This document shows, piece after piece, positions 41,494 through 53,986 of a stretch of 64,000 bases of DNA. Source of the stretch: an uncultured Pelagibacteraceae bacterium. GTDB lineage: Bacteria; Pseudomonadota; Alphaproteobacteria; Pelagibacterales; Pelagibacteraceae. The translations under genes were made by a program, and so were the position numbers. The notes beneath the pieces are model-generated. The model was not told the DNA's origin, made no database searches, and worked only from the letters and a program-made list of their open reading frames with translations. The stretch is taken from contig CACKMG010000001.1 of NCBI GenBank assembly GCA_902601235.1, positions 32,539 to 96,538 of the forward strand, read 5' to 3'. The first letter of the stretch is position 1. Each line of letters begins with the position of its first letter.

Positions 41494-42253
41494 TGTCAAT
41501 GAAAATGGTTTTATAAGTCATTTAGCAGAATTACGAAAAAGACTAATCAATAGTTTCATTTTTTTGGTAGTTTTTTTTATATTTTGCTATTTTTTTGCAG
41601 AAAATATTTATGGTTTTTTAGTTGAACCATTTGCTAAAGCCGTACAAGATGACGGTTCAAATAGACGATTAATATTTACAGCTCTCCAAGAAACTTTCTT
41701 AACTTATTTGAAAGTTTCTTTTTTTACTGCTTTCTTTGTAACCTGTCCTTTCATTTTAATGCAAATTTGGAAATTTATTGCACCTGGACTTTATAAACAT
41801 GAAAAAATAGCAATTTTACCTTATTTGATTTTAACGCCCATACTATTTTTCTTAGGTGGTATGCTAGTATATTATTTAGTAATGCCGTTAGCGATAAAGT
41901 TTTTTTTATCATTTGAAAGTACAGGTCTTTCTACAAATCTACCTATTCAACTTGAAGCAAAAGTAAATGAATATCTATCTTTAGTAATGAAACTAATTTT
42001 TGCTTTTGGAATAAGCTTTCAATTACCTGTAGTATTAAGTTTGCTTGCTAGAATTGGTGTAGTTGATTCTCAATTTTTAAAAGAAAGAAGAAAATATGTT
42101 GTTGTAATTATTTTTGCAGCAGCAGCTTTGTTAACACCTCCAGATCCAATTACTCAATTAGGATTAGCTATTCCATTATTAATTTTATATGAATTATCAA
42201 TATTTTCAGTAAAATTTATAGAAAATAAAAATTTAAAAAATAAAGATGCATAA
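41483..42253 (+). CDS. tatC: twin-arginine translocase TatC
   Basis: HLAELRKRL, QIWKFIAPGLY, FQLPV, TPPD. Confidence 0.97.
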   Translation: MSHDVNENGFISHLAELRKRLINSFIFLVVFFIFCYFFAENIYGFLVEPFAKAVQDDGSNRRLIFTALQETFLTYLKVSFFTAFFVTCPFILMQIWKFIAPGLYKHEKIAILPYLILTPILFFLGGMLVYYLVMPLAIKFFLSFESTGLSTNLPIQLEAKVNEYLSLVMKLIFAFGISFQLPVVLSLLARIGVVDSQFLKERRKYVVVIIFAAAALLTPPDPITQLGLAIPLLILYELSIFSVKFIENKNLKNKDA

Positions 42254-43505
42254 TCTTAAGGAAATTCGTAAAGACTTCGATACTTTCAAAAAAGCATTAA
42301 AAAAAAGAAATATAGATATTGATTTCAGTAAATTAGAAAAATTAGATTATCAAAATAGAGAACTTATTCAAAAAAAAGAAAATTTAGAAAAAGAAAAAAA
42401 AGATATATCAAAATCAAAAGATAAATCATTGTTTGAAAAATCTAAAAAAATTTCTATTGAGATTGAAAAATTATCTGAAGAACAAAAAACTATTAAATCA
42501 GAATTAGATAAGATTCTATTCAACATCCCAAATATACCACACCCTGATGTTCCAATCGGAATAGATGAGAATAACAATATAGAAGTATCTAAAGCTGGAA
42601 AAATACCTACCTTTGATTTTAAACCTAAAACTCATTACGAATTAGGAGAAAATTTGAAAATGTTAGACTTTGATTTAGCTACAAAAACATCTGGCTCAAG
42701 ATTTGTATTTGTTAAAGATAAATTAGCTTTACTCGAAAGAGCCTTATCTAATTTTATGTTGGACACTCATATTTTAAAAAATGGTTATAAAGAAATTTCA
42801 CCACCATTATTAGCATCTACTGATACAATGTTTGGAACTGGTCAACTACCTAAATTTGAAAATGATCAATTTGAAATAAAACTTGAAGAAGGATCGGATA
42901 GAAAGTTTTTAATTCCAACAGCAGAAGTAATTTTAACTAATATTGTAAAGGATAAAATAATTGACAAAAAAGATTTACCAATGAGGTTTGTGGCATCAAC
43001 ACCATGTTTTAGAAAAGAAGCTGGTAGTTATGGAAAAGATACAAAAGGTATGATTAGACAACATCAATTTTATAAAGTTGAAATGGTAAGTATAGTTGAA
43101 CAAAATAAGTGTAATGATGAGTTAGAAAGAATGACAAATTGTGCTACAAATATTTTAGATCTTTTAGAGCTTCCTTATCGTAAAGTAATTTTATGTAGTG
43201 GTGATATGGGTTTTAGTGCTGAAAAAACGTATGATATTGAAGTTTGGATTCCTTCAGAAAACAGATACAGAGAAATTTCCTCATGTTCTTCATGTTCAAC
43301 ATTTCAAGCTGTTAGAATGAAATCAAGATATAAAAATGAAAAAAAAGAGACTGTTTTTGCAGGCACTCTTAATGGAAGTGGATTAGCAATAGGTAGAACT
43401 CTTATAGCGATTTTAGAAAATTATCAAAATAAAGATGGATCTATTGTTATTCCAAAAATTTTAAGACCTTATATGAATAATTTAGAAAAAATTGCTATCA
43501 ATTAA
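42246..43505 (+). CDS. serS: serine--tRNA ligase
   Basis: GTGQLPKF, LIPTAEV, FRKEAGS, RQHQF, EISSCS, TLNGSGLA. Confidence 0.98.
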   Translation: MHNLKEIRKDFDTFKKALKKRNIDIDFSKLEKLDYQNRELIQKKENLEKEKKDISKSKDKSLFEKSKKISIEIEKLSEEQKTIKSELDKILFNIPNIPHPDVPIGIDENNNIEVSKAGKIPTFDFKPKTHYELGENLKMLDFDLATKTSGSRFVFVKDKLALLERALSNFMLDTHILKNGYKEISPPLLASTDTMFGTGQLPKFENDQFEIKLEEGSDRKFLIPTAEVILTNIVKDKIIDKKDLPMRFVASTPCFRKEAGSYGKDTKGMIRQHQFYKVEMVSIVEQNKCNDELERMTNCATNILDLLELPYRKVILCSGDMGFSAEKTYDIEVWIPSENRYREISSCSSCSTFQAVRMKSRYKNEKKETVFAGTLNGSGLAIGRTLIAILENYQNKDGSIVIPKILRPYMNNLEKIAIN

Positions 43506-43559
43506 AGTTGTTTTCAATCTTTATTTAGTATAATAATTCTTCTCTAATCAAGGAGTTTT

Positions 43560-43847
43560 ATGGAAAGTGGTGGAATTGGACAATTTATACCTTTAATACT
43601 TATATTTGTAATTTTTTATTTTTTCTTAATCAGACCTCAGCAAAAGAAAGTTAAAGAACATAAAGCGATGGTTGAAAATTTAAAAAAAGGTGACAAAATT
43701 GTAACATCTGGTGGAATTACAGGTACTATTCAAAGAATTATTGATAACGATAAAATAGAAGTTGAAATTGCTGAGAATGTTACAGTTGAGGTTATTAGAG
43801 GCACTGGTGTACAAAGCTTAATGAATTCTCAAGAAGTTAAGAAATAA
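43560..43847 (+). CDS. yajC: preprotein translocase subunit YajC
   Basis: FYFFLIRPQQK, LKKGDKIVTSGGI; AGGAG RBS. Confidence 0.96.
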   Translation: MESGGIGQFIPLILIFVIFYFFLIRPQQKKVKEHKAMVENLKKGDKIVTSGGITGTIQRIIDNDKIEVEIAENVTVEVIRGTGVQSLMNSQEVKK

Positions 43848-43865
43848 TTTTTATTTGTTATTAAA

Positions 43866-45419
43866 GTGCTATATTTTTCAAAATTAAGAATATTATCAAT
43901 TACATTAATTTCTATAATTTTAATTATCATTGCTACATCAAATTTTTTTAAATTCGATAAATTCTTTTCAGACAAAAAAATTAATCTTGGTCTTGATTTA
44001 CAAGGTGGTTCATATCTTTTATTAGAAATTGATAACAATCCACTAATAGAGCAAAAACTTCAAAACTTTACAATTACTATTCGAAATTATTTTAAAGAAA
44101 AAAATATAAGATTAAGAAATTACCAATTAAATAGTCAAATAATTTCATTTGAAGTTGAAGACGAAAACATACAGAGTATCATTGAAGCTTTTAAAGATGA
44201 AAATAGTGAAATTAATGCATATTACCCAAGATTTAAGTCCCATGAATTTGAAATAAAAGAAAATGGAAATAATTTCGAAGTTTATTATTCCAAACAGGGG
44301 TTAGTTCAACTTAAAGTTTCTTCTCAAGATCAAGCTTTAGAAATTGTTAGAAGAAGAATTGATGAAATTGGGACAAATGAACCAAATATTCTTAAAAGAG
44401 GAAATGATAGAATTTTAGTTGAATTACCAGGATTAGATGATCCTATGAGAATAAAATCTCTTCTAGGAAAAACTGCTAACCTTACCTTTAGATTTATTTC
44501 AAATAATAGTGCTGATTCTTTTGGTGTTGAAAAATTAGAATTTGAAGACGGTACAGAAGAAGCTAATGTTAGTAAAAGAATAATATTAAGTGGAGATAAT
44601 CTTTTAGATGCTCAACCAAGAATGGATACTCAAGAAAATGAGACTGTTGTTACTTTTACACTTGATAGGGTTGGAGCTAAAAGATTTGGAAGAGCAACAT
44701 CAACAGGTATTGGTAAACAATTAGCGATAGTTTTAGATGGAAAAATCATTAGCGCACCTGTAATAAGAGATACTATTGCAAGCGGTAATGGTCAAATAAG
44801 TGGAGGCTTCACCTTCCAATCTGCAACAGATCTTGCACTTTTATTAAGATCTGGTGCATTGCCAGCTCCATTAAACATTATTGAGGAAAGAACAGTTGGT
44901 CCTGATCTTGGTCAAGATTCTATTAATGCAGGTATTATTGCATTAATAATTGGTTTTATTTTGGTCGTGATATTTATTTTTATAAAATATAAGATATTTG
45001 GTTTAATCACAAACTTTACATTGATATTAAATTTGTTTTTCTTAATTGGAATTCTCACTATTTTTGAGGCAACTTTAACTTTACCTGGAATAGCAGGAAT
45101 TATTTTGACTGTTGGAATGGCGGTAGATGCAAATGTTTTAATTTTTGAAAGAATTAAAGAAGAGTTGAAAAATGAAAAAAATAACTTAATTGCATTTGAT
45201 AGTGGTTACACCAAGTCAAGAACAGCAATATTAGATGCTAATATAACAACATTATTAGCAGCAATAATCTTATTTTTTATGGGCTCAGGTCCAATCAAAG
45301 GTTTTTCGCTGACTCTTGGAATCGGAATTTTTACAACACTTTTTTCTGTTTATTTTATAGCTCGACTTTTAACTGTTTTATATATTTCAAAAAATAAAGA
45401 AAAAGAGGGATTAATTTAG
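43866..45419 (+). CDS. secD: protein translocase subunit SecD
   Basis: LGLDLQGG, RIDEIG, LRSGALPA, GMAVDANVLIFERIKEE. Confidence 0.97.
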   Translation: MLYFSKLRILSITLISIILIIIATSNFFKFDKFFSDKKINLGLDLQGGSYLLLEIDNNPLIEQKLQNFTITIRNYFKEKNIRLRNYQLNSQIISFEVEDENIQSIIEAFKDENSEINAYYPRFKSHEFEIKENGNNFEVYYSKQGLVQLKVSSQDQALEIVRRRIDEIGTNEPNILKRGNDRILVELPGLDDPMRIKSLLGKTANLTFRFISNNSADSFGVEKLEFEDGTEEANVSKRIILSGDNLLDAQPRMDTQENETVVTFTLDRVGAKRFGRATSTGIGKQLAIVLDGKIISAPVIRDTIASGNGQISGGFTFQSATDLALLLRSGALPAPLNIIEERTVGPDLGQDSINAGIIALIIGFILVVIFIFIKYKIFGLITNFTLILNLFFLIGILTIFEATLTLPGIAGIILTVGMAVDANVLIFERIKEELKNEKNNLIAFDSGYTKSRTAILDANITTLLAAIILFFMGSGPIKGFSLTLGIGIFTTLFSVYFIARLLTVLYISKNKEKEGLI

Positions 45420-46301
45420 ATGATAGCTTTTAACAAATATTATAATAAATTTAATATTCTTTCTGTTACATTGGTGATCGTTTCATTAATATTTTTAGTG
45501 TTTAAAGGATTAAATTTTGGAATTGATTTTAAAGGGGGAACACTAATTGAGCTAAGAGCTAGTGACCCAAAAATCAACGTTTCATCTTTAAGAGACACAA
45601 TGAGCCAGATGAATCTTGGTGATATATCTGTAAAAAATTTTGGAAATGAGACTGACTTTTTAATTAAATTTGAAAACAGCAATAATAAAAATGCGATTGA
45701 AGAAATAAGGTCTAATTTAGATAAATCTTTTGGAAATAATTTCAATTTTAGAAGAGTTGAGAATGTCGGTCCGAAAGTGAGTGCAGAATTATTAAGATCT
45801 GGAGTAATAGCTATATCTGTTGCTTTAGCTTTAATGTTAATTTATATTTGGATAAGGTTTGAATGGCAGTTTAGTCTTGGAGCAATTCTTGCTTTATTTC
45901 ATGATGTTATTGTAACACTAGGTTTATTTTCATTACTAGGCCTTGAGATCAATTTGTCAATTATAGCAGCAGTATTAACAATAGTTGGATATTCTATGAA
46001 TGACACAGTAGTAATATTTGATAGAGTTCGTGAAAATTTAAGAAAATATTCTGATATTAAAATTTTTGAATTAACAAATATTTCTATTAATGAAACTTTA
46101 TCAAGAACATTAATAACATCGATTACTACTTTGTTAGCATTATTATCAATATTTTTATTTGGAGGAGAAATATTAAAAGGTTTTTCATTAGCAATGATAT
46201 TTGGAGTTATCTTTGGCACTTATTCTTCTATATATATAGCAAACACAGTTCTTGTAAGATTAAATGTTAGTCAAAAAACTGTTCTTAAAGAAGAAAATTA
46301 A
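45420..46301 (+). CDS. secF: protein translocase subunit SecF
   Basis: GIDFKGG, VGPKVS, GYSMNDTVVIFDRVREN. Confidence 0.97.
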   Translation: MIAFNKYYNKFNILSVTLVIVSLIFLVFKGLNFGIDFKGGTLIELRASDPKINVSSLRDTMSQMNLGDISVKNFGNETDFLIKFENSNNKNAIEEIRSNLDKSFGNNFNFRRVENVGPKVSAELLRSGVIAISVALALMLIYIWIRFEWQFSLGAILALFHDVIVTLGLFSLLGLEINLSIIAAVLTIVGYSMNDTVVIFDRVRENLRKYSDIKIFELTNISINETLSRTLITSITTLLALLSIFLFGGEILKGFSLAMIFGVIFGTYSSIYIANTVLVRLNVSQKTVLKEEN

Positions 46302-46900
46302 TATAAATTTTGAGCTGCCACCATTGTAAATAACATCGGCAGAGATAATAAAGTATTGGTTCTTGAAAAAAGCATAGCAGTCTTTGCTGACTTAGCTTTC
46401 ATCTCGGGATCACATTCTACAATCCCTAGTGCTCTCTTTTGATTTGGCCAAATGACGAACCAAACGTTATATGCCATAATTATAGCAAGCCACATACCAA
46501 TACCAATAGCAGTATGTTTGGGTATAGCAGACCCGATACTTAAAGTCATTGCATCGTGTAAATAACCATTGAGACCAGCCAAGATTAAACCAGATAATAC
46601 TGTAAATGCAGCTGCCCATCTAAAATAAAATAAGGCTGCTGGAGCAATTACTTTTCCAATAGCTGGCTTTTGTTCATCTGGAATTTTACCCATGTTTGGT
46701 ATCTGAACGAAATTAAAATACCATAATAAACCAATCCACATAGTTCCAACAACAACATGAGTATATCGTGCCACCCAGCTCCAAAAAGATCTATCAAAAC
46801 TAAAACCATCATTTTGATAAAAAAGACCTAGAAATAAAATGATAGCTAAAGCTAGTGAAGCATGAACCGTTTTAGATAATGATGATAACAAATTACTCAT
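46298..46900 (-). CDS. PuuD-like (urate oxidase N-terminal domain) integral membrane protein
   Basis: RYTHV..G.MWIGLLWYFNF, YFRWAA, NVWFVIWPNQK, SRTNTLLSLPML motifs. Confidence 0.75.
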   Translation of the reverse strand: MSNLLSSLSKTVHASLALAIILFLGLFYQNDGFSFDRSFWSWVARYTHVVVGTMWIGLLWYFNFVQIPNMGKIPDEQKPAIGKVIAPAALFYFRWAAAFTVLSGLILAGLNGYLHDAMTLSIGSAIPKHTAIGIGMWLAIIMAYNVWFVIWPNQKRALGIVECDPEMKAKSAKTAMLFSRTNTLLSLPMLFTMVAAQNLY

Positions 46901-46946
46901 ATTTATTTTATATACTAAATTTTTTAATTTTTCGCTATAAATTTAT

Positions 46947-49802
46947 CTAATTTAAAAGTTCTTTTAAAAATTTACCAGTGTGACTAGTGTTTATTTTGCA
47001 GATTTCTTCAGGTTTACCCTCTGCGATAATTTTACCACCTTTAACACCACCTTCAGGTCCCATATCAACTATATAATCAGCAGTTTTAATCACATCAAGA
47101 TTATGTTCTATTACAACTACAGTATTACCTAAAGCTACGAATGTATGAAGTATCTCTAATAATTTTTTTATATCGTGTTGATGTAATCCTGTAGTTGGTT
47201 CGTCAAGAATATACATTGTTCTACCCGTAGACCTTTTTGAAAGTTCTTTGGCTAGTTTTATTCTCTGAGCTTCACCTCCAGAGAGAGTGGTTGCTTGTTG
47301 GCCAATCTTTATATATCCCAATCCAACTTTTTTTAAAGTAAGCAGTTTTGATTTAATATTTGATATATTTTCAAAATATTCACATCCTTCATCAACTGTC
47401 ATATTTAAGACATCTGCAATACTTTTATCTTTAAATTTAATTTCTAAAGTTTCCCGATTATATCGAGTTCCTTTACATTCATCACATTGTATATAAACAT
47501 CAGGTAGAAAATGCATTTCATATGTAATAACTCCATCACCTTCACAGGCCTCACATCTACCACCCCTTACATTAAACGAAAATCTTCCAGGTTTATAACC
47601 CCGAGATTTTGATTCTGGTAAACTTGTAAACCAATCTCTAATTGGTCCAAATGCACCAGTGTAAGTTGCTGGGTTAGATCTTGGTGTTCTCCCAATTGGT
47701 GATTGATCAATATCTATAACTTTATCAATAAGCTCTATGCCTTTAAAGTTTTTAAATGGTTTAGGAATTTTTCTAGATTTATTATTATTTAATGTAAGAT
47801 TCAAAGCATTATATAAAGTTTGTAAAACTAAAGTAGATTTACCACTCCCTGAAACTCCTGTGACACAAGTTAAGCTACCTAAAGGTATTTTTAAATTAAC
47901 ATTATTTAAATTATTTCCAGTCGCACCTGAAATTTCTAAAAATCTTCCATTTTTTGCTAATCTTCTTTTTTGAGGAATATTGATCTTTAATTTATTTGAA
48001 AGATATTTGCCTGTAATACTTTTATTATTTTGGCTTATTTCTTTGTAGGTACCTTCTGCCACTATTTCTCCACCTTTATTACCAGCCTCTGGACCAAGAT
48101 CAATTATGTGATCTGCATTTTCCATGGTTTCGGTATCATGTTCAACTACAATTACTGTATTACCTAAATCTCTAAGTCTTTTTAAAGCGTTTATAAGTTT
48201 TACATTATCTTTTTGATGTAGACCTATTGAAGGTTCGTCTAAAACATAAAGAACACCAGTTAACCCAGATCCTATTTGAGATGCTAATCTAATTCTTTGT
48301 GCTTCACCACCAGATAATGTTCCAGACTCTCGTGATAAAGTTAAATAATCAAGTCCTACATTTAATAAAAAAGTTAATCTTTCATTAATTTCTTTTAATA
48401 TATGTTCAGCAATTTTAAACTGTCTTTTATCTAATTTATTCTTAAGATTCTCAAACCATACAGCTGCATCAAAAATTGATTTTTCTGTTACTTCACTTAT
48501 ATGTAAATTATCAATTTTAACACAAAGAGCCTCATCTTTTAATCTATGACCATTGCATCTTTCACATTTAGTATCTGATTGATATTGAGCTATTTCCTCT
48601 CTTTTCCAATCACTATCTGTCTCAAGATATCTTCTTTCCAGATTATTGATTACACCTTCAAATGTCTTTTTATGAGAATATTTTTCATACCCATCATCAT
48701 ATGAAAATTTAATTTCCTCATCATCAGATCCATAAAGAATTATATCTTTTACTTTCTTTGAAAGTTTAGACCATTTATCTTCAAGTGAAAAATTATAATG
48801 TTTTGCTAAAGATGCTAATGTTTGAGCATAATATAAAGTGGTAGTTTTCGCCCAAGGCTCAATAGCACCATCCATAATACTTTTTTTTTCATTTGGTATT
48901 ACTAAATTTGGATCCACATTTAACTTAATTCCAATACCCTCACATTCCTCACATGCTCCAAAGGGACTATTAAAGGAGAAGAGCCTTGGTTCAATTTCTT
49001 CAATAGTGAAACCACTTTCTGGACAAGCAAATTTTGTTGAAAAAATGAGTTTTTCTATTTTTCTAAATTTTTTGGGTAAAGTTTCATCTTCATATTCAAC
49101 AAACATTAAACCATTTGCTAAATTTACAGATGTTTCAATACTTTCTGCAAGTCTATTTCCTAAAGATGAGTTTAAAACAATCCTATCTACTAAAATGGAT
49201 ATATCATGTTTGATTTTTTTATTAAGTTCAGGAACTTTATCGATTTCATATAATACTTCATCGATTTTGATCTTTCTAAAACCTCTTTTTTTATAATTCA
49301 AAATTTCTTTTTTGTATTCTCCTTTTCTTCCTCTTACTACTGGAGCGTAAAGATAAATTGTTGATTTTTTTGGTAATTGTTTAATTCTATCAACAATTTG
49401 AGTGATAGTTTGGGACTCAATAGGTTTCCCAGTAAATGGAGAATAGGGTACACCAGCTCGTGCATATAAAACTCTCATATAATCATAAATTTCAGTAACA
49501 GTTGCAACTGTCGATCTTGGATTTTTTGAGGTATTTTTTTGTTCAATAGAAATTGCAGGACTTAATCCCTCAATTAAATCAACATTTGGTTTTTTCATTT
49601 TATCTAAAAATTGTCTGGCGTATGCAGATAAACTTTCAACATAACGTCTTTGACCTTCTGCATAGACAGTATCAAAAGCTAAAGAAGATTTACCTGACCC
49701 AGATAGACCGGTAATTACAACAAATTTATCTTTTGGAATTTCCAAAGAAATATTCTTTAAATTGTGTTCTTTTGCTCCTTTAATAACTATCTTTTTAATC
49801 AT
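46947..49802 (-). CDS. uvrA: excinuclease ABC subunit A
   Basis: GAKEHNLKN, two ABC modules ([16 protein letters not shown]; LSGGEAQRI twice), Zn fingers. Confidence 0.99.
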   Translation of the reverse strand: MIKKIVIKGAKEHNLKNISLEIPKDKFVVITGLSGSGKSSLAFDTVYAEGQRRYVESLSAYARQFLDKMKKPNVDLIEGLSPAISIEQKNTSKNPRSTVATVTEIYDYMRVLYARAGVPYSPFTGKPIESQTITQIVDRIKQLPKKSTIYLYAPVVRGRKGEYKKEILNYKKRGFRKIKIDEVLYEIDKVPELNKKIKHDISILVDRIVLNSSLGNRLAESIETSVNLANGLMFVEYEDETLPKKFRKIEKLIFSTKFACPESGFTIEEIEPRLFSFNSPFGACEECEGIGIKLNVDPNLVIPNEKKSIMDGAIEPWAKTTTLYYAQTLASLAKHYNFSLEDKWSKLSKKVKDIILYGSDDEEIKFSYDDGYEKYSHKKTFEGVINNLERRYLETDSDWKREEIAQYQSDTKCERCNGHRLKDEALCVKIDNLHISEVTEKSIFDAAVWFENLKNKLDKRQFKIAEHILKEINERLTFLLNVGLDYLTLSRESGTLSGGEAQRIRLASQIGSGLTGVLYVLDEPSIGLHQKDNVKLINALKRLRDLGNTVIVVEHDTETMENADHIIDLGPEAGNKGGEIVAEGTYKEISQNNKSITGKYLSNKLKINIPQKRRLAKNGRFLEISGATGNNLNNVNLKIPLGSLTCVTGVSGSGKSTLVLQTLYNALNLTLNNNKSRKIPKPFKNFKGIELIDKVIDIDQSPIGRTPRSNPATYTGAFGPIRDWFTSLPESKSRGYKPGRFSFNVRGGRCEACEGDGVITYEMHFLPDVYIQCDECKGTRYNRETLEIKFKDKSIADVLNMTVDEGCEYFENISNIKSKLLTLKKVGLGYIKIGQQATTLSGGEAQRIKLAKELSKRSTGRTMYILDEPTTGLHQHDIKKLLEILHTFVALGNTVVVIEHNLDVIKTADYIVDMGPEGGVKGGKIIAEGKPEEICKINTSHTGKFLKELLN

Positions 49803-49892
49803 AATTTTTGTTGCTTTGAATTAATAAAATTAATATTCAGAGTAAATTGTGGTATAAATCTAATTAATAAATTTAACAAATATTAAAATATT

Positions 49893-50348
49893 ATGGCAGG
49901 AAGTTTAAATAAAGTACTTTTAATTGGTCGTTTGGGCGCAGACCCAGAAATCAAACAAATGGTTAATGGAAAGAGTGTAGCGAGATTAAGTTTAGCTACC
50001 AGTCAATCTTGGAAAGATAAAAATACTGGTGAAAAAAAAGAAAAAACTGAATGGCACCGTATAGTTGTATTTAATGAGGGTTTAGTAAATGTTGTAAAAC
50101 AATACTTAAAAAAGGGAGCTCAGATTTATGTAGAAGGTCAATTAACTACAAGAAAATGGAAAGACGAACAATCTGGACAAGATAAATATTCTACTGAAAT
50201 AGTCATTCAAGGATACAATTCTTCTCTTACTATGTTGGGTGGAGGTAATTCTGGAGGTGGTATAGCTAATGATAATACACAATCCTCGAATAATTCAGAT
50301 GATATGTCTCAAATATCAAATGATATGGATGATGAAATTCCTTTTTAG
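49893..50348 (+). CDS. ssb: single-stranded DNA-binding protein
   Basis: [20 protein letters not shown]-terminal DDEIPF. Confidence 0.98.
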   Translation: MAGSLNKVLLIGRLGADPEIKQMVNGKSVARLSLATSQSWKDKNTGEKKEKTEWHRIVVFNEGLVNVVKQYLKKGAQIYVEGQLTTRKWKDEQSGQDKYSTEIVIQGYNSSLTMLGGGNSGGGIANDNTQSSNNSDDMSQISNDMDDEIPF

Positions 50349-50353
50349 TCTTT

Positions 50354-52933
50354 ATGCAAAAAACTGAAATTTCTAAAGATAAGAATATTAAATTAATCTC
50401 AATGCATGATGAGATGAGCTCCTCTTATCTTTCTTATGCAATGAGTGTTATTGTTAGTAGAGCTCTTCCTGATGTGAGGGATGGACTTAAACCTGTTCAC
50501 AGAAGAATTTTATATGCAATGTATAAAGGTGGTTATGATTGGTCAAAGCAATATAGAAAATCAGCAAGAATAGTTGGAGATGTGATTGGTAAATACCATC
50601 CTCATGGAGATCAATCAGTTTATGACGCTTTAGTCCGTATGGTACAAGATTTTTCTATGAGTTTACCTTTAATTGATGGACAAGGAAATTTTGGTTCAAT
50701 CGATGGTGATCCTGCTGCTGCCATGAGGTATACAGAAACAAGATTATCAAAAGTTTCTCAATTTTTAATTGATGATATCGAAAAAAATACTATTTCATTT
50801 AAAAGTAATTATGATGAAACAGAAAAAGAACCAACTGTTTTGCCCGCTCAATTTCCTAATTTATTAGTGAATGGAGCAGGGGGAATAGCAGTTGGAATGG
50901 CAACTAGTATTCCTCCACATAATTTAAGTGAAGTTATAGATGGCACTTTAGCTTTAATAAATAACAAAGATATAAAGATAAAAGATTTAATGAAACACAT
51001 ACCTGGACCAGATTTTCCAACAGGTGGAGTAATAATTGGTAAAGATATTATTAAACAAGGATATAATAAAGGAAGAGGATCTTTTAAAATTAGAGGAGAA
51101 ATTTCTATAGAAAGTTTAAAAAATGGTAGAGAAAGGTTGGTAATAACATCTATTCCTTACCAAGTTAATAAATCAGTATTAAATGAAAGAATTGCACAAC
51201 TTGTTAGAGAAAAAAAAATTGAAGGCATAAGAGATATAAGAGATGAGTCAAATAGAGAAGGTATCAGAGTTTCCATTGATTTACGAAATGGTGTTGAACC
51301 TGAAACAGTTAAGAGACAATTATATAAGAATACACAAATTGAAAGCTCATTTGGATTTAATACACTTGCAATCGTTGATGGTAAACCTCAAACATGTAAC
51401 TTAAAAGATTTTATATCAAATTTTTTAAACTTTAGAGAAGATGTCGTTATAAAAAAAACAAAATATGATTTACAAAAAGCTGAAGAACGTGCTCATATAT
51501 TAATTGGTTTATCAATATCAGTTGAAAACTTAGACAAGATTATAAAAATCATAAGAGGGTCTAAAACTCCTGATGATGCAAAAAAAACGATTTTAAAAAC
51601 TAAATGGAAAATAAATAAATCAAGTAAAATGATTTCTCTTATTGAAAATAAAAAAGTTAAAGGATTTTATTCTTTATCAGAATTACAGGTTAATGCAATT
51701 TTAGAATTAAGATTACAAAAACTTACCGCGTTAGGTATTAATGAAATTGAAAATGAAATAAAAAAACTTTCAGAATTAATTAGTAAATACAAAAAAATAA
51801 TTTCTTCTAAAAAGGAATTGTTAAAAGTAATTAGTGAAGAACTAAAAAATATTAAAGAAAAATACTCTATACCTAGACGGACAAAAATAATAGATGCAGT
51901 ACTAAATTACGATATTGAGGAAACTATACAAAAACAATCTGTATTAATTACAGTTACACTTCAGGGATATATAAAACGAGGGTCTTTAAATACTGTTAAA
52001 ACTCAAAAGAGAGGAGGAAAAGGAAAAACTGGAATCACAACTCGTAATGAAGACTCAGTGGTCCAAACATTATCAGTAAACACTCACACTTCAGTTTTAT
52101 TTTTTTCAACAGAAGGATTAGTCTACAGAATTAAAGCTTGGAAAATACCTGAAGGCTCAGCCTCTTCAAAAGGAAAATCTTTGTTTAATATTTTACCTTT
52201 AAAAAATCACCAGTCTATTAGTTCAATTATGCCATTCCCTGAAGAGGAGTCTGATCTTAAAAACTATCAAATTGTGTTTGCGACTGCTCAAGGAAAAATA
52301 AGAAAAAATAGTCTTGATGATTTTTCGTCAATTAATGCATCTGGAAAAATAGCCATGAAATTAGATAATAATGATAAAATTGTGGGTGTAAAAATTTGTA
52401 AAGATGACCAGGATATAATTTTAAGCACTAAATTTGGAAAATGTATCAGATTTGAGTCTAAGAAATTAAGAATTTTTAAAGGAAGATCATCAAAAGGTAT
52501 TAAAGGTATTGTTTTAGCTCCAAATGATCAAATTGTATCTTTATCAATTATTGATAATGATAAAAATATTAAAAACGTAAAAAAAACCAAAGATGAAAAA
52601 TCTGAACTAAAAGCAAAAGAAAAATTTATTTTATCAATTACAGAAAATGGTTTTGGAAAAAAAACACCTCATATAGATTACAGAGTTACTAATCGTGGTG
52701 GAAAAGGAATAATTGGTATTGTTAATTCTCCAAGGAATGGAAATATTTCTTCTTCATTTCCTGTTTTTGAAGGAGACGAAATTTTGATATCAACAAATAA
52801 AGGAAGAGTTATTCGCGTAGCTGTTAAAGAAATAAGAACTGCGGGCAGAAACACCCAAGGTGTAAGAATTATAAAATTATCTGGTGAAGAAAAAGTTGTT
52901 ACTGCTGATAAAATTGATGATAATTTAGTCTGA
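50354..52933 (+). CDS. gyrA: DNA gyrase subunit A
   Basis: YHPHGD, AAMRYTE, GyrA box QKRGGKG. Confidence 0.98.
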   Translation: MQKTEISKDKNIKLISMHDEMSSSYLSYAMSVIVSRALPDVRDGLKPVHRRILYAMYKGGYDWSKQYRKSARIVGDVIGKYHPHGDQSVYDALVRMVQDFSMSLPLIDGQGNFGSIDGDPAAAMRYTETRLSKVSQFLIDDIEKNTISFKSNYDETEKEPTVLPAQFPNLLVNGAGGIAVGMATSIPPHNLSEVIDGTLALINNKDIKIKDLMKHIPGPDFPTGGVIIGKDIIKQGYNKGRGSFKIRGEISIESLKNGRERLVITSIPYQVNKSVLNERIAQLVREKKIEGIRDIRDESNREGIRVSIDLRNGVEPETVKRQLYKNTQIESSFGFNTLAIVDGKPQTCNLKDFISNFLNFREDVVIKKTKYDLQKAEERAHILIGLSISVENLDKIIKIIRGSKTPDDAKKTILKTKWKINKSSKMISLIENKKVKGFYSLSELQVNAILELRLQKLTALGINEIENEIKKLSELISKYKKIISSKKELLKVISEELKNIKEKYSIPRRTKIIDAVLNYDIEETIQKQSVLITVTLQGYIKRGSLNTVKTQKRGGKGKTGITTRNEDSVVQTLSVNTHTSVLFFSTEGLVYRIKAWKIPEGSASSKGKSLFNILPLKNHQSISSIMPFPEEESDLKNYQIVFATAQGKIRKNSLDDFSSINASGKIAMKLDNNDKIVGVKICKDDQDIILSTKFGKCIRFESKKLRIFKGRSSKGIKGIVLAPNDQIVSLSIIDNDKNIKNVKKTKDEKSELKAKEKFILSITENGFGKKTPHIDYRVTNRGGKGIIGIVNSPRNGNISSSFPVFEGDEILISTNKGRVIRVAVKEIRTAGRNTQGVRIIKLSGEEKVVTADKIDDNLV

Positions 52934-53427
52934 TGAATAGAGTTGCTATTTACCCTGGAACATTTGATCCAATAACATTTGGTCATATTGATGTAATTAA
53001 GAAAGGTCTAAAATTGTTTGATAGAATAATAGTAGCTGTTTCTAATGTTGAAAACAAAGATTATCTATTTGACTCAGAAGAAAGAATAGAAATTTTAAAC
53101 AAAGCCTTATTTTCTGATTTAAAATTAAATCGAAAAAAAATTCAAATCATAGTTTTTTCATCTCTTACAACAGATTTATGTAAAAAATACAAATCAAAAT
53201 TTATATTAAGAGGTTTAAGAGCAGTATCAGATTTTGAATATGAATTTCAATTAGCTGGAATGAATAGAAAACTAAATAATAATATCGAGACAATTTTTTT
53301 GATGTCTGATGTTGAAAATCAAATTATTTCATCTAGATTTGTTAAAGAAATTGTTAAATTGAAAGGTGATATAAGAAAATTTACGACAAAAAATACTATT
53401 AAATTATTAAAAAAAAAATATGAATAA
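52933..53427 (+). CDS. coaD: phosphopantetheine adenylyltransferase
   Basis: YPGTFDPITFGH, RGLRAVSDFEYE. Confidence 0.97.
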   Translation: MNRVAIYPGTFDPITFGHIDVIKKGLKLFDRIIVAVSNVENKDYLFDSEERIEILNKALFSDLKLNRKKIQIIVFSSLTTDLCKKYKSKFILRGLRAVSDFEYEFQLAGMNRKLNNNIETIFLMSDVENQIISSRFVKEIVKLKGDIRKFTTKNTIKLLKKKYE

Positions 53428-53980
53428 GATTATAATCAAATTTTTAGTATTATTTTTTTTATTTACAAACCCAACCATATCAGAGGAGAATATAATGATT
53501 TTAAAATTAAAAGATGGAGATGTTAAGATTGAATTATTTGAAGATGTAGCACCAAATCATGTCAAAAGAATAAAAGAATTAGCTAATTCAGGAAAATATG
53601 ACAATGTAGTATTTCATAGAGTTATTGATGGATTTATGGCTCAGACAGGTGATGTAAAATTTGGAAATTCTGAGTCAAAAGATTTTAATTTAAAAATGGC
53701 AGGTATGGGCGGTTCTGATTTACCAAATTTAAATCAAGAATTTAATAGCCTTCCTCATGACAGAGGAACTCTTTCAATGGCAAGATCTTCTGATCCTAAT
53801 AGTGCCAATAGTCAGTTCTTTATTTGTTTTAAACCAGCTCCTTTTTTAGATAGACAATATACAGTATTCGGAAAAGTAATTTCTGGAATGGAATTTGTTG
53901 ATAAGATCAAAAGAGGTGATGAAACTAATAATGGTTCCGTCTCTGATCCAGATAAAATAATAAGTTTTAAGTCATTATAA
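53420..53980 (+). CDS. cyclophilin-type peptidyl-prolyl cis-trans isomerase (exported)
   Basis: FHRVIDGFMAQTGD, SMAR, SANSQFFI, YTVFGKV; signal peptide. Confidence 0.95.
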   Translation: MNKIIIKFLVLFFLFTNPTISEENIMILKLKDGDVKIELFEDVAPNHVKRIKELANSGKYDNVVFHRVIDGFMAQTGDVKFGNSESKDFNLKMAGMGGSDLPNLNQEFNSLPHDRGTLSMARSSDPNSANSQFFICFKPAPFLDRQYTVFGKVISGMEFVDKIKRGDETNNGSVSDPDKIISFKSL

Positions 53981-53986
53981 TTTTTA

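Noticed and set aside
48838-49296. 152-aa antisense ORF in uvrA, and the other antisense or shadow ORFs (e.g. 1982-2164, 6673-7152, 12078-12851, 18776-19099, 24082-24614, 45440-46219, 62574-62777, 63638-63823)
   Set aside because: They lie opposite well-supported genes, have mirror-codon composition (rich in F, S, L, I) and show no recognisable motifs
49803-49892. Expected alphaproteobacterial LexA box (GTTC-N7-GTTC) between uvrA and ssb
   Set aside because: No convincing match found on either strand
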